Part shown: positions 35,565 to 50,000 of the stretch, piece after piece
How the letters are laid out: each line of letters opens with the position of its first letter
How positions within the stretch are numbered: position 1 is the stretch's first letter
Source: Antedon mediterranea
Taxonomy: Eukaryota > Animalia > Echinodermata
Assembly: GCF_964355755.1 (NCBI RefSeq)
Contig: NC_092673.1
Location: 21,883,648-21,947,647 of the forward strand
DNA: 64,000 nucleotides
Direction: 5' to 3'
Made by a program: the position numbers and the translations under genes
Notes under the pieces: generated by a model
Database searches by the model: none
What the model saw: only the letters and a program-made list of their open reading frames with translations
Told to the model about the DNA's origin: nothing

Positions 35565-36712
35565 CTAGAAATTTGGCTTATCAATCAAATAAATACTTTC
35601 GTTCAAAATGAAACTCCAACCTCTCTAATCAAAAGATTGAACTCGAAAACGGACCGTTTTTTTTAATTGGGTATGTTGAAACATTTCAATATTCATTTAA
35701 AAAAGTACATTAATTATGGTATTGATCAGTGGCCGGCTATAGTAGAGGCGTAAAAACCCTCGGTCAATATCATGTAAAATGCACTGTGGAAGGGTCATTA
35801 TTAAGACTGCAAAATTGGGCTTATCAACAAATAAATACTTTCATTCAAAATGTAAAATCAAGGCTGAAAAATTGGGCTTATCAACAACAAAATATTTTAT
35901 TATTAGACGCGATATAACATCAAGGATAATCAGTATAATCATTAATATAGCCACTGTTACTAGTTTTATTCTACATGCTAAAGTAAATAAAAATCCACTA
36001 GAAAAAACAAGCAAGTCTGAATGTTATGCTTATTAGCCATGTTATGTTTGTTACTGTAGGCCTATGATTGTTTGCAATGTCCACATATTATTTCCGTGGG
36101 CATATCCATAGTTACAAAAAAGACGTGTGAGGTTCTTTCTTTAGATTTTGAAGAATGATTTGTGTTACAGGTTGACACAAGGGTCAAATGCTCAAGATAT
36201 CGGCTAACGCCATGGGACCCTTGGCTTATCAATGAATAATAAATATAGTACGACTTTCGTTCAATTGAAATCGGAATCTGACCGTTTCATTAAATTGGGT
36301 GTGATTAGGCCTAAACATATAATAATTTATTAAAAAGGTACAATAAAAACAAATGCATCAGAGGCGTAAAGAACCCACGGTCAATATCATGTAAAATGTA
36401 TATGGTAAGCACTGTGGAAGGGGTCATTATTATTAAACTGGAAAATTCGGCTTATCAACAAATAAATACTTTCATTTAAAATGTAAAATAAGAATGCAAA
36501 ATTGGGCTTATCAACAAATAAATACTTTCGTTCAAAATGTAAAATAAGACTGCACAATTGGGCTTATCAACAAATAAAATACTTTTTTTTCAAAATGTAA
36601 AATTAAGACTGGAAAATTGGGCTTATAAACAAATAGATACTTTTTTTCAAAATGTAAAATTAAGACTGGAAAATTGGGCTTATAAACAAATAAATACTTC
36701 CGTTCAAACTGT
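35565..36712. repeat. ~55-bp minisatellite within a larger ~600-bp duplication
   Basis: AAAATTGGGCTTATCAACAAATAAATACTTTC.TTCAAAATGTAAAATAAGACTG recurs ~9 times; the flanking GAGGCGTAAA...GGTCAATATCATGTAAAATG block occurs at ~35745 and ~36361. Confidence 0.8.
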
Positions 36713-36741
36713 AAGAAAACATTTTTAAAATATAATCCTTA

Positions 36742-36893
36742 AGCTCTGTCTATACTATCAAACTAAATATGATGTGCCCATATAATATAGACATGACGAT
36801 GTCATATCACTACGATATTCGGGCATATCACTACCATATTTGGGCACATCACACCTTTTTTGTTAAACTTGTTGGGACAGTGTAGACACAGAA
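36742..36893. mobile_element. MITE family A copy
   Basis: TTA|AGCTCTGTCTATACTATCAAAC start and internal repeats. Confidence 0.8.
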
Positions 36894-38039
36894 CTATGTG
36901 ATCGAAACATAAGTCGGAATTGGACTGACGCGATTGATTTAATTGGGTATTTTTTATTAATGTAATGATTCATTAAAAACTATAATACCGATACGCGTTT
37001 GGTATTGATCAATGGTGCAAAAAACCCTGAGAAATAATGTTATTACGCGATTTGGTGATAGCTTAGCAATAATACAACCCATATACTATTATTATAAATA
37101 CCTATTACAAATCCATTCATATAACTTTTCATCGCGAACCGAAAATGTATAAATGTTATTCTACAGACAGTAATTATATATTCAAAAGCCATATTATTAT
37201 TATTATCAATACCTAAATGCGATAGTAATAACCACATACATTATTCCCAATACAAGTTTGTGCGTTTAATTCTAGAAAGAAACGACTGTGCTGACCGGCC
37301 AATGACATAAATCACAATTAGTAAAGTCCCAATTGTTCACTTGCGTTTTGATTGGCCGACCTATTATATTAGATTAATGAAGACTGTTCTTACAACTGTC
37401 CAGTCAAAAAGTTACGCGGCGTTTTTTGTAAGAAATATTTCTTGTTTATTTTTCAATTTCAATTGCACAATTATCACATATCAAAGTATGAATTCTTTTT
37501 CTATTTTACTTCAAATTTTGACTTCAAATATAAAAGTTATGATCACTTTCGTAACAACAAAATAATAATTATTCAATCAAAAATAAATGAATGAAAAATG
37601 AAAAATATTTGTTTTTTCAAATTTGTTTTTGAATGTGTCATTTTATTGTCACATTAGTTATTCATACGCTCAAATCTGTGGGTTAGAGCAAACCTAATCA
37701 ATAACAGATTCTCAAACTGAACCACGACAAAATATATAAAATACATTAAACTATAGCATTTATAATTCAACTTACGAATCAATCAGAATGGCATAGAAAA
37801 GGTTATGTCCAGTTCAGCGTGCCATAGTTGGCTCACTCGACCGCACTAAACTTAACTGTGTGGACGTGCATTAGCGTTTCAGCATCATGACAACCAAAAC
37901 CGTGATTGCAAATGTTTATTTGTGACAAATGTTTTTCTTATGGAAATTTAAGAATTTAATACTCGTTTAAATATTTAGTATTTCTCAGCTTCAACAATTG
38001 GCAATGTAGTTTCAGAGTAAGGTAAGAGTAGCGCCTAAA

Positions 38040-41000
38040 ATGGCTCTTAATTGGCGGAGGAAGGAGTATTTCAAGTTATTGATAGGGGATGCGGACGAAG
38101 CTCATGGAGCCCTGGAGCTACTTGTCGATGACCTGCATAAAGACAAGCCTAGGACGGTGGCTACTTTCTTGGAGCACTGTGGATCCGAAGACTTCTTGTG
38201 GGGCTTGATCAGCATGCTTCGTCATAATAGCCCAAGGTAGGTATTACGTAACATTAAAATAATAGAAATTACTGCATGAAATTCAGTTTTCAAATGACAA
38301 AGGTTCAGCTTTAAATAATAATAAGTTTAAGAAAAGTTTTTTATTTAGAGTTAGGCCCCCCTAGTTAGGCCTACCTAGCTAGGCCTAGTCGGCTGTAGTA
38401 ATTGATAATATAAATAATAGGCCTAATTAATTATAAAATTTAATAATAAATCTTTATTTTTGCAACGGAAAAACTCGTTGACCAAAAATGTGTTTTTCAA
38501 CGAGGCCGTAACAAAAAGTATTAAAATAAAAGTTTTTTTATTAAATAATGTTAAATATTGTTAGTTTTCCAGGGCTGCTTTATTAACTTGTTTTTGGTTA
38601 TTCGTATATAGCCACTAAGTTTGTATCCCTTGTCCAATTTGAAATTGCGCAAGGATTTTCTTGCAAATTGCGCTGCGCAAAACACGAAGTAACATATTTA
38701 ATAATTAGTTACAAATTACTACTGTAGCCTGTGTTTATGCCTAGTACTATTCGGCACTTGAATATTATTTTATTATGATATATATATTTTTTATTTTACA
38801 ATAATACAATACATTATTTTACACTACAGCTGCTTCGCAGTTGATTTTGCATTAAATGTAGCGGCAGCAGTATTATACATTAAATGTAGCGGCAGCAGTA
38901 TTTTGCATTAAATGTAGCGGCAGCAGTATTATACAAATGTAAAATGAGTGCATACCGAGATCATTAGAAATGTTCAAATTTAAAATTGTAAGCCTACTTA
39001 ATTTGTGTAAGCATTTTTGCTCAGCGTGATGGCAATTAGCAAATAAACAATGAACAACCTGAAGACATTTAGTAACTTAGGTCCTGTTTCTGCTTCATAA
39101 AAAAATAACTGGTTATAAACGGTGTGAAAATATTAACTCCAATTTCTTGGGAGCAAAAACAGGACAATTTAGGACGCCATTTAACTGATTATTGCTGAGC
39201 AACTTTTAGCTGAAACACAAAATAACGTTTATTTGCTGACCTCTAGTCAACTACACTGCAGTAACATTTGGGTAAACGATTTTTGTCAATGACCACTCAC
39301 TGATTTTTTATTTATTTTGGAGCAAAAATTTAGCAGAAATGCAGTCCATATAAAAATTGCATTTAGAAAAAAAAAAATTGGTTTTCAATTAATGTTACAG
39401 CAGGGTCATTTGCATGGTTGATAAATTCTTTTCACATTTCACTTGGATGCAACACAATGACGTACTTACAGTAAGCACAAGTAATTTGAACAATCACAAT
39501 TATATAGATCATCTGAACTGTCGATAATGATTGGTCATCTCACTTGCGTTGTGCTTGCATCATTGTGTTGAGTCCAAGTGAGAACCAAGCTTAAAGACAT
39601 TGGACCTATGTTGTTTTGGGGTCACACACTACATGTAGGACTTATAACGAGATTTTTTTTCGTCTTTAAACTGTTAAAAATGTGAAAAATACAGCAATTC
39701 TTATAATTTTAACGGCCTGTTATAAATCCCAATATGCATTGTGTGCGGATTGATATTTTTTACCTCCGCCAAGGAGGTATATGTAATCGGTAGCGTGTTT
39801 GTTAGCAGGAATACTCAAAAAGTAATTACAAGATCTTTACCAAAATGAATATACAGATATGTGATCAAGGACCATTCCATAAAATTTTGGGATCATTTGG
39901 GACCACGGTCACAATTCTGGACCACTTTTTAGTATACTTTTCAGACCTGCTAGTGTTAAAAGATAGGACAGAATTTTTCAAAGGCCGGCAAGCAGTCTTA
40001 AAGTAACAAGTAAACTGAAATTGCATTTTCTCGAGAAATACTTGTCCAAAAAACTTCATTTTTGTACAAGAGGCAAGAGTTATAATTTGTAAAATTTCAT
40101 TTGCTGAATAATGTACACAGTTTAGGAAGTACATTAACTTTTTGGCAACATTTTTAATATAATTTATTTCTTAATATTAATGTCCTTGAGTAAACAACAG
40201 GACTTCTATGATTCAATCAATGTGGTAAAAACTCAAGTTCTAAAGTACCATTATTATTTGATGGACAGGTATCACATGACACTAAACATTAATGTTGACT
40301 GACTGTCATTTATTAAACGTGATCCTAAACATACAGTACACATTTTCTTCTTTAAATTTGTATTATTTTTTACTTTGAACAGTAAAATACTATTTCATGC
40401 CTAGCTTACCTGGATAAACCAACATTAGCCTTTCTTCTTTAAGAGCGAGATATAACTTGAAAAGTAGAAGTTTTCATTGAATCCCCCTCTCCACAAATGG
40501 TATAGTCCATGAATTATGCCCTCGAATGGGAGCCTGCCCACAAACCACCATCATCATTTCTTTTCGAGACATGAAAGAATTAACATGTCTTCAAAGAGCT
40601 TGCACAGTGTCTTGCTGTTGCAATAATGATTGTAACAACATCATTAGTAGCTTGAATGTTAAAATGCTGTCCCCTTATCTCTATTCAAATCAAAGTGATT
40701 TCAGTTTTAGTGTTTATGTTATCATAAATTTAATCATGAGTTGATGCTTATCAACATAAAATGTTAACCCAGCCCAGTGTGATAGTGTGACTTCTACAGT
40801 ACTGTAGGTTTTGTTCGTGTCCGATCTCTATCATTTATTTCTGTTTGATATTAAAGATATATTTTCTCCCTGAAAAATATATATTTTTACAAATTTTTTT
40901 GATGAATATGTCATTTTAATGTTACATAGTAGTTTATTTACCTGAAAAAAAATGTAGTCTATATCGTGCCTAGCTTACCTGGATAAACCAACATAAGCCT

Positions 41001-44000
41001 CTCTCCCCGACGAGAGGTAAACATTAGTTTTATTTTTGTTTTTTTTTCTACAGAAGTGAATAACTTTATTAAAACTGCAAAATGGCCTATTTAAAGTCTG
41101 ATTTTATTAATCTTCATTTTTCGTGTTTTGGGGACAATACATCTTTAAATAGGGTCAAATAACTTCTCTCGATCTAATTTAATCTAATTGATCATGTCAA
41201 GACATCACTTTTAAAACTTTTACAGGGTTGCTGGAAATTCTGCATATATTCTTGGGACATTAGCAGAACATCATGTTGGACAGACACGAGTATTGGCGCT
41301 CATCTATGGCCAACATGAACACAGCATCCTTGTTGATCTCTGTAACATGCTAGAATATGATGATTCTGAGTCCGTGATGAATGCAGCTGGTACCCTAGGC
41401 ACATTGGTAAGAAGGATTGAGATCATGATAAAAAGCGGGGCAGGGTTGGCATTTATCAATATTTGCTAATACTTTTGCTTAAGCTGAAATATTTAACTTA
41501 CGAACTTACAGTAAGCTTATTTATCAAGCAGAAAAATTGTCTTAAAAAAATGTTTACTTGGCATGTGTGAAAAATGGAACACTAGAGGGCAGAAAATTTT
41601 GTCTTAAGACGAAAGATCTTTGCTTACGTGTATACATTGGCTTTTTCTATTAGGGATGGCGGCGCTATAACGTTTTATCTTCACATTTTCACTCCCAACA
41701 AGAGAGGGTTCATTCTGGTTACTATGCTTTTTAAGATAGAGAAATAACACAAAAGTCAGAAATACATGAAAATCATTATCATATTAATCAAGGATTTAAG
41801 GCAAAGTTATAAAATTTGTTATGCTAAGCAAGTTTGATCAATCCGGCCCCTGGCAATGTTTGAAGTATTGTTGTATGTAAAAATTAAGCTAAATAAATTG
41901 CTAATAATAATTATAAATATTTTTATTATTTTAAATTTTATCTAATTCAATTTTAATTATTTGATAATGGTGAGCAATCAGACTTGTTGGTTATTTAGAA
42001 ATGAAAACAAATTCACCAAGTGCCACCGCAGCATTGGCTCTTGCGTGTAGTAAAACTATTAACATTATGATTATCACTGATCATAATCACTGTTGTTTAT
42101 AGCAACTATGGAATGTATATGATTACTTGATCTATAGTGTTTATTGACTTCAATGATTGTATCTGTTGACAAGTTACTAAAATTGTGGTAATTTGGTAGT
42201 TAATATTGCACAATATTTATTTAACCTTATTTTAAGTCAGAAATTTGTTCTGATAAAATTTAACAGTAGTATTACAGGTGATAAAAATATCAGAATAATA
42301 CTTTAATGATGTGCTTGAATAATATTAAGCTACTGTACCTATCCTATTTAGGTCCATAAGGCTCTGTCTATGTTATTAAAGTAGTTTGACAAAAAAAGTT
42401 TGATGTGCCTAAATATGGTAGTGATATGCCCAAATATGGTAGTGATATGACATCATCATGTCCATATATGGGTACATCACAATTGTTTGTAACATAAAAG
42501 TTTGGTAGTGCAGACAAAGCTTAAGGCTGCACATTTTCTTTGTCTCCAGTGAACACAGTCTTTGGCCAAAACTTTGCATTGTTCCAATATTCCCATCCCA
42601 ATGCCAATTCTCTCCCTTTCCACCGTCTATCCTAATATCAAGTGATCTTCCATCCACTGCTAAATGTGCAATTTGTTCAGTGTTTGATAGAAATATCCCT
42701 GATATTGTATTGCATACATTTACAGTTCAGGCTCAAATCTACCTATATTGCATACTTGATACCTATTGTTCAATCGACTTATAGCACCGGTACTATCCAA
42801 TGTTCAAAAGCACTTGATAAAGTTATACAGGAAATGTTTCTGTGTACAATTGTGTTTTAAGACGTAATTTGAAGATATTGATGTTTTGTGATGTCTTTAT
42901 GTTTACTAAAAAGCATTCTTATTGGTTTGGCCATTCTTAATAAAGATGATCATTTTTTATTTAAAGTTTTAACATTTTTCTTTTATATTTAATTTTCATT
43001 TCGATGATGATACACAGGCAGAGACAGCAGAGGGCCGAGCCTGGATGCTATCGGAACAATGCATGGACACAATGATTCACAGAGTAATGGCGTTACTAAC
43101 ATCTGAAAGCATGTGGACCGCAAGCAATGCTGCCCTCGTGTTGGCCAGGTTGTCTATTTCAGAAGAAGGTTGCCATCATTTACTTCATCATCAACAATCA
43201 CATCAACTTCTCACTCGGCTAATACAATCACTCGGTGTTGATGAAGCTGGTAAGTATACAGATCATGTATTTTTGCATTCGTTAATACACATCGGTATCA
43301 AAAAATATAATACAATATCAAGTGCAACCAAAAAGTTGAATTATGCCACTCATTTGAAATTGGTAAATGACAGAGTGTTTGGTGTGTTAATAAAAAATAT
43401 TGGTAAGATATGGTATGGGACTCTTGCCAAATCTGCTCGTGGTACTGTATGATCAAAATTTCCATATTTCTTCTCATTGCGAGTTGCATGTGGTTTAGGA
43501 AACCACTACCATGTTTCGGCACATCACACTTTTTTTTTCAAACTAGTTTGATAGTGTAGACAGAGCTTAAGACTGCTGAATGATTGTGTTTCATGTTGGT
43601 TCTTTGTGTTTTTCCATCCTGTTGTGCTTTAAATTCAATTTCTATTTGGTATACTAGGTACAGGCATGAATGCTGCATTCGCAGTTGGAAGAATTTGTGA
43701 CACAGAGGAAGGACGAGAGAAACTCATAAAACACCAAGATATTACAAAAATGGTAAATAGTTCTATCAGAGAAACTGATGCCTTATACTGTAACTGGGCA
43801 CATGACCTAGTGTGGTGGTAGGGTCATTTCACCCGTTTGTGTCAAGATCTATGTTTCTGAAAACGATTTTCTAGTCCATTTCGTGCTGTTATCTATCAAT
43901 TTTTGTTTTGGCCTTATGAATAGATTTAAAGACTCAAATTAACACCATGTTTAATATTAAATTTTAAACTTTTAGATTTCTGTTTTAACTGATATGTTGT

Positions 44001-47000
44001 CCAGTAAAGATCCTGGTTGCAGTAAGAACGCTTGTTTCGCAATAAGCTGCCTTGCTGGCAACGAGGAAGGGCATGCGCTACTGCTCAATCATCTGCGATG
44101 TGATATCATGCTGAGGCGTCTTGCGGAACAACTACACTCAACAGACCAAGAGACATCCTGGTTTGCTGCTATGTAAGTTACTATTAAAAAACATTGTTAA
44201 AGTAGTATAGAGTGGAGCTGTAGCTTGGTGATTTAGATGTTCAGCTACCGATTACAGGGTCCTGTGTTCAAATCCTGTCAGATTCTTTCTCATGACAGAA
44301 CAACTCCGCTCCCAAAGACTTTGTTTTGTTTGTAGAGCATCTTGTGTATACTATATGTTTGTCTTTGTGATTATTTAAGCCACTTTATTAGCTAATAGCC
44401 TTAACGGCTACATGTGGCTATCTGGCCCCTCCAGGAGACTTGTCTCCAACTGTCATAAAATAATTTAACAAAATAAAATAAACTTATATATCTCAGAAAT
44501 ACTGCCTAAGGTGGACACATCAGACTCATCCTACATACATACAAGATGAGTCCATTATATTGATTCCACTTTGAAAATGTAGACATACTTGATCATCAAC
44601 AATCACTTTTGTGAATAATCAAAGCATGTGTGTGCCGACAGCTTCCCCCAGTTGATATAAAGGGCACTTCCTTCACATGCTTTCACCTAAACCCCCACCG
44701 AAAATTCTTGCTGGAAAAGTCAAACGGTTGCATTTGAAAAAACAAAGGCTGTGTAGAATACTGTTACTTTCTGATGCTGCCAAGTACTAATTTTAAACTC
44801 GTCTATTCCTAAATCAGGAGAATCCTGACAATTGCCTACTTTGTAGGATTCCCACCTTAACTCTTTGACAACCCTGATAACAGTTTAGAAACCTGAGCAA
44901 TATACGTTTAAAGGTTCTGTAGAATCTCTATACTTGTTCTGAATTCATTCTGATATTTTCTGTTCTTTCAGGACCCTTCGAACACTTGCAAGTAAAAAGA
45001 AAGGTTGTTTAGTACTACGTGATCATGTAGTCATTGTACCTGCATTACAGGTATAGAGTCTATTTTTAGACAGCATTTGTTTTTTCTTGGTAGCTTGAAT
45101 AGCTCAATGCAGTATCACTCAATCAGGGATGTAATCTATGTAGCCATAGCCTGTACTTAGGGGAAGGATACTACAGAAACAAAATCTTACAACTTAAGTG
45201 TTTAAAAAAAGTACAGTATATAAATTCACACTCTACAAAGTTGCAATAGAACTCAAAACAAAGCTTTAATTTCAGTCAACTAAAGAATTCAGTATAGACT
45301 TCAATCGTCTTCACAATTACTCTTATAATCATAAAAATAATAAATAAAAAATAAAAAAAACTTGTTTTCTATAATGGGTAGAAAGACAAAATATTGACAT
45401 TGATGTTAGTAAACCAACCAGTGGTAGAAGACCTGGTTACATTTTGGAAAATCTTTTATTTCTTTACTTCAACAATATTTTTTTATAGGAAATTAATGGA
45501 GCAAGTGGAATTTCCAACGACCTTCAGGATGAAGTTGTTTTGACATTAGAGCTTTTGAAGAAACTTGACAAACCAAATCCACCAGTGCTGGAGGTCAAAG
45601 GTCCCAGGGAGCTTATGGTGACCTGGGATATAACAACACTCGAGAGTGGACTTGACATCATTTATATGCTTTACTTAGGTAAAAATAAAGTTTTACCTGA
45701 AACCTACCTGCATACAATCTTTAAAAGATGTATTGTCCCCCAAAAACCAAAGATTACCGTAATAAAATCGGACTTTGATTATATTATTTTGTAGTTTTAA
45801 TAAAGTTGATTACTTTCGTAGAAAAAAAAACAGAAAAAATATATGTTTTTACTTATAAAATGACAAAATGAATGGTTAAATTCAACGAAAATCCCATAGG
45901 CTGGCAACCAATTTGACCATTTTTTGCTTTAAATTATAGTTTTTTAGGTAAATACTTTTTTTTTTGGATCCAATTTTTGGTCAAAGTGAATAACTATCAT
46001 GTGACATTAAAATGGCATATTCAACAAAAATTGTTTTTATAATGATTTTTTCAGGGTGACAATACATCTTTAATTGCAGGAATATTTTTGTTGTCTTTCT
46101 TGTGAAACAAATGGTCAATATGACTATAACCTACCTCTATTTAGGGACCAGGACAATTTTTAGTGTGCCAAATAAATCCATATTAACTTTAAAAATTATT
46201 AAAAACATTTTTGACAGATAATACGGTGCTCTACAAAGGTGCTGAGACCAGCTTTTTGGCAACCAACCTCAAACCAAATACTTTATATAATCTACAATTG
46301 CAATTGAAGACAGAAGGTGATGAAAGTCAGCTGAGTGACCCTTTAGAGGTCACCATGGATCAATGTGGTAAAAAGTTCATTTTTATAACTGATGCCTTAG
46401 TCTCCCCCAACCTTAAGCTCTGTCTACACTATCAAACTTTATGTGAACTAAAATGTAATGAGCCCATTTATGGACATGTTGATGTCATATCACTACCATA
46501 TTTGGGCATATCACTACCATATTTGGGCACATTACACTTTTTTTTAAAAACTAGTTTGATAGTATAGACAGCATTAAAGATAAAATCACATCCAGTTTAT
46601 TTATACAAAATGCTAACAAGCAATTTTTATATTTTTTAAAGAAATATTATCATTCAATTTATATAAAATAAAAGGTCAACTTGTCTAAATTTTCTAGCTC
46701 TAGTGATCTAATCTAATAATTAAGTATTTTCTGAATTCATATTTTAAAATTAATAGTGAACTCGAGTGCCATATTTTGTACCATAGACTTTGTTTATGTA
46801 GAGCATCTTGTGTATATGTTTGTAGGGTAAACAGGATTGCCACCTTTGAGAAGGATAGTGAATGAATTAGCAATTTGCCTAAATATACAACCAAACAAAA
46901 CAAAAAATGATCACATGTTGTTGGTGGGCTTATACCTGAGACCAGGTTTATACTGGCTGGGCTTATACCCGCATCAGTATGGTACAATAAAATATTTGTA

Positions 47001-50000
47001 GCACTAAATTTGTGAATAATCATTCGAATTCACAATTTAATTTTCTTAAGAATGAATTATTAAATAGGTTCATAATTTTTTATACTAAAGCACCTGATGC
47101 CCCAGAAGATTTGCGAATCCTAGCGGTTTCAACATCACAGATCAGAATAGGCTGGTCACCCCCAGCAGCTGTTAATGGCGGGTTAAAAGGCTACATAGTT
47201 TATAATGGTAAACAGCAGATTGAATCCACTACAGAACTATGCAGTATACTCAGCTCTCTTGCGCCCTCTACAAAGTATGATATTTACGTAAGTATTGCGG
47301 TCGGAAATCAAACAAGCAAACTTCATCTTAACTATGAAATTGAAAAAAAAAAATTGAAAAACTATGAACTTTTTATGTTTTTACGTCTATGTTTGTGTAT
47401 CTTGTAGATTTGAAAAAACCCCAGATCCAAAATAACCTTGCACATTTTGCACATGATAAAGTCTATTCCATAAGACTGCTTTAATTTATAAAATCTCAGT
47501 TTTTCACTTAAGCACTTAACTATTTTGACTTAACCAAAAAGACTCATAAATATCAGCCCTCTTTTTTTATTATACCATGCTATTGATATACAACTTACTG
47601 TATATAAAGTATTTAATATAGAATATATTAAAATTAATATTTGTCATTACTATCCACATACAATCAAATTAAAAATATATATACTTGTCAAAGAGATTTT
47701 TTAAAATTTGTTGTTTTTCGCCATTTTTATGTGGAATATACTTTTTATTTTATAGGTGTGTGCCTTTAACCACAAAGGAAAAGGACATAAAGCCTGTATC
47801 TCAGCAGCTACCAGTGAGCTAGGTAGGCAGTATATTGCAAATCCCCAATGTCCTAATCTCTATCAAGAATGTTTTTTTTTCAGACATAAAATAAAGTGAT
47901 GAATATAACTTTTTTAAATGTATAATAGCTCATTTCCTGTAAGGAAGAATACATAAAAAGGTTAACCATGAGTCTAAGCTTTGTCTACACTATCAAACTA
48001 GTTTGAAAAAGTGTGATCTGCCCAAATATGGTAGTAATATGGTCAAATATGTTAGTGATATGACATCATCATGTGGGCACATCACATTTTTTGTCGCATA
48101 AAGTTTGATAGTGCAGACAGAGAATTACAAGGCTTTGCATAACTAAGCTCCTGTAGTCCACTCAATAATTCATAGTATTAGCAGAAACAAGCATACCACT
48201 GGCACTTACAGATATTGCCTGCTTAGAGGTAAAATATAAGATTTGACATCCCCAAGGGAATATTTTGCTCAAAGGCTGAAGGAAATATAATTCTTGAGAG
48301 CAAAATATTATTTCCCGAAAATTAATTAGTCAATATCATCATACTCAAGGAAATATACGATTTACGATCCTCGCAGCAGTAGTCATGTGATGTGATGGTT
48401 TCAACCAATCACGTTTACGTATTTACGTAATATAATTTTTTATTTACCATAAAATGTTTCTTCTCTGTCAAGGTGGTTATTTTTTTTCACTTGCTAAACT
48501 CTGTTTCTGTAATAAAGGTAAACATGCACCTGGCAAGCCAATACTGAATGTCAGAGGTCGTAATGAGATTCATCTAACATGGTCTCCACCCGAATCTCCT
48601 ATTGGTCGTTTGCACAAGTTTGAGATATCTATCAATGGAAAGGTAGTTTACTCGGGCACAGAGCTCTGCTTCACGGCTCGTAGGCTTGTGCCAAACACCG
48701 ATTACACATTCAAGGTAAACATTTTCATTTTGTATTCAAGGTTTGTATCAATCTAAATATATTAAAGAAATAATTAAATAGACTGTTACATAATATTTGT
48801 AATCTAATCTTGTTAATGCACCAATCAAGTCTTTAACCATTAAGCTGTCACGCTGATTAATGTAAATTGATCGGTATTAATATACAAATAATGAATGATT
48901 ATGAGATAGTGAGAATATTTCATGAATTAAAAAATGTACTGCTTTATTTTTAACGAAGCGGAGTCAAGTTAAAAGTAGAGAAATCAATTTTTCATTGAAA
49001 AAAATTTTTGTAAAAAACGTGGGTATATTGTAGGTGTACATCAATTGTACTGTATACAGTATACATATTTATGTCAAAACAAATCGAAATCTTTTTGAAA
49101 AAAATTTTAAACATTGTATTTTAAACTTCATTAAAGGTTATAGCAGTGACAAGTGAAGGCAGGTGTGAAAGTGAGCCTGCACGGAAGAAAACTCCTAAAG
49201 ATGAATGTAAGTGTAACTTTACATTATTAAGGGGACAGGCCCTTCATGCACTTGTCAATTATATGACCCGCTATACGACCCCTAGGAAATGTGCGTCATA
49301 CCTTTTGAATACCATGACGCACCCCTGTGTCAAAAAAGTGACTTACCTTCAGGTGACCATGATGCACCCATTTTGAAGCATTGAGACCATTGTTCATGAT
49401 ATGATGGGTGTTTGTTGATGTTGATTTTGTTTCTTTTAGTCACTCCTGCATCAATAATTATTTGTAAATGATACACCCATAACACACCTCTCTTGGGGGG
49501 TTGTATAGTGGGTCATACAATTGACAAGTGCATAATAGAGGTGTCTCCTGAATAATATAAGGGTGTCTTGTGAATAGATTTCCCAAATGAGGAGGAGGAG
49601 TTTTACTGTTATAAATTATTCATTTATATTACTGAGAATGATTCAATATTCAATATGTAGTAGGTCACTTGTTAAAATAGAAATGTTCTGGTTGCCTTTA
49701 ATATTGTGTTGAAGTTTGTTGTTTAATTATCATACATCAATATAATATTTTAAAAATCATGTTGTTTTTTACTGTAGATAATGTACAATCAACAGCTCCC
49801 ATATTCTTTAGCCATCCACACAAGATTACGGATCAAGATACAGGTACAATTTTTTTCTGCCATAATTATTTTGCATAAATAAATAAATCAGAATCCTTTA
49901 ATGTTTCCCCTAGATGAAGTATCATCATTAATTTTAGAATTGTATTATCTCTACTTTATTTTGTGATTTTGTTTCCTCTTTAAAGTAAGCAATTTAAAAA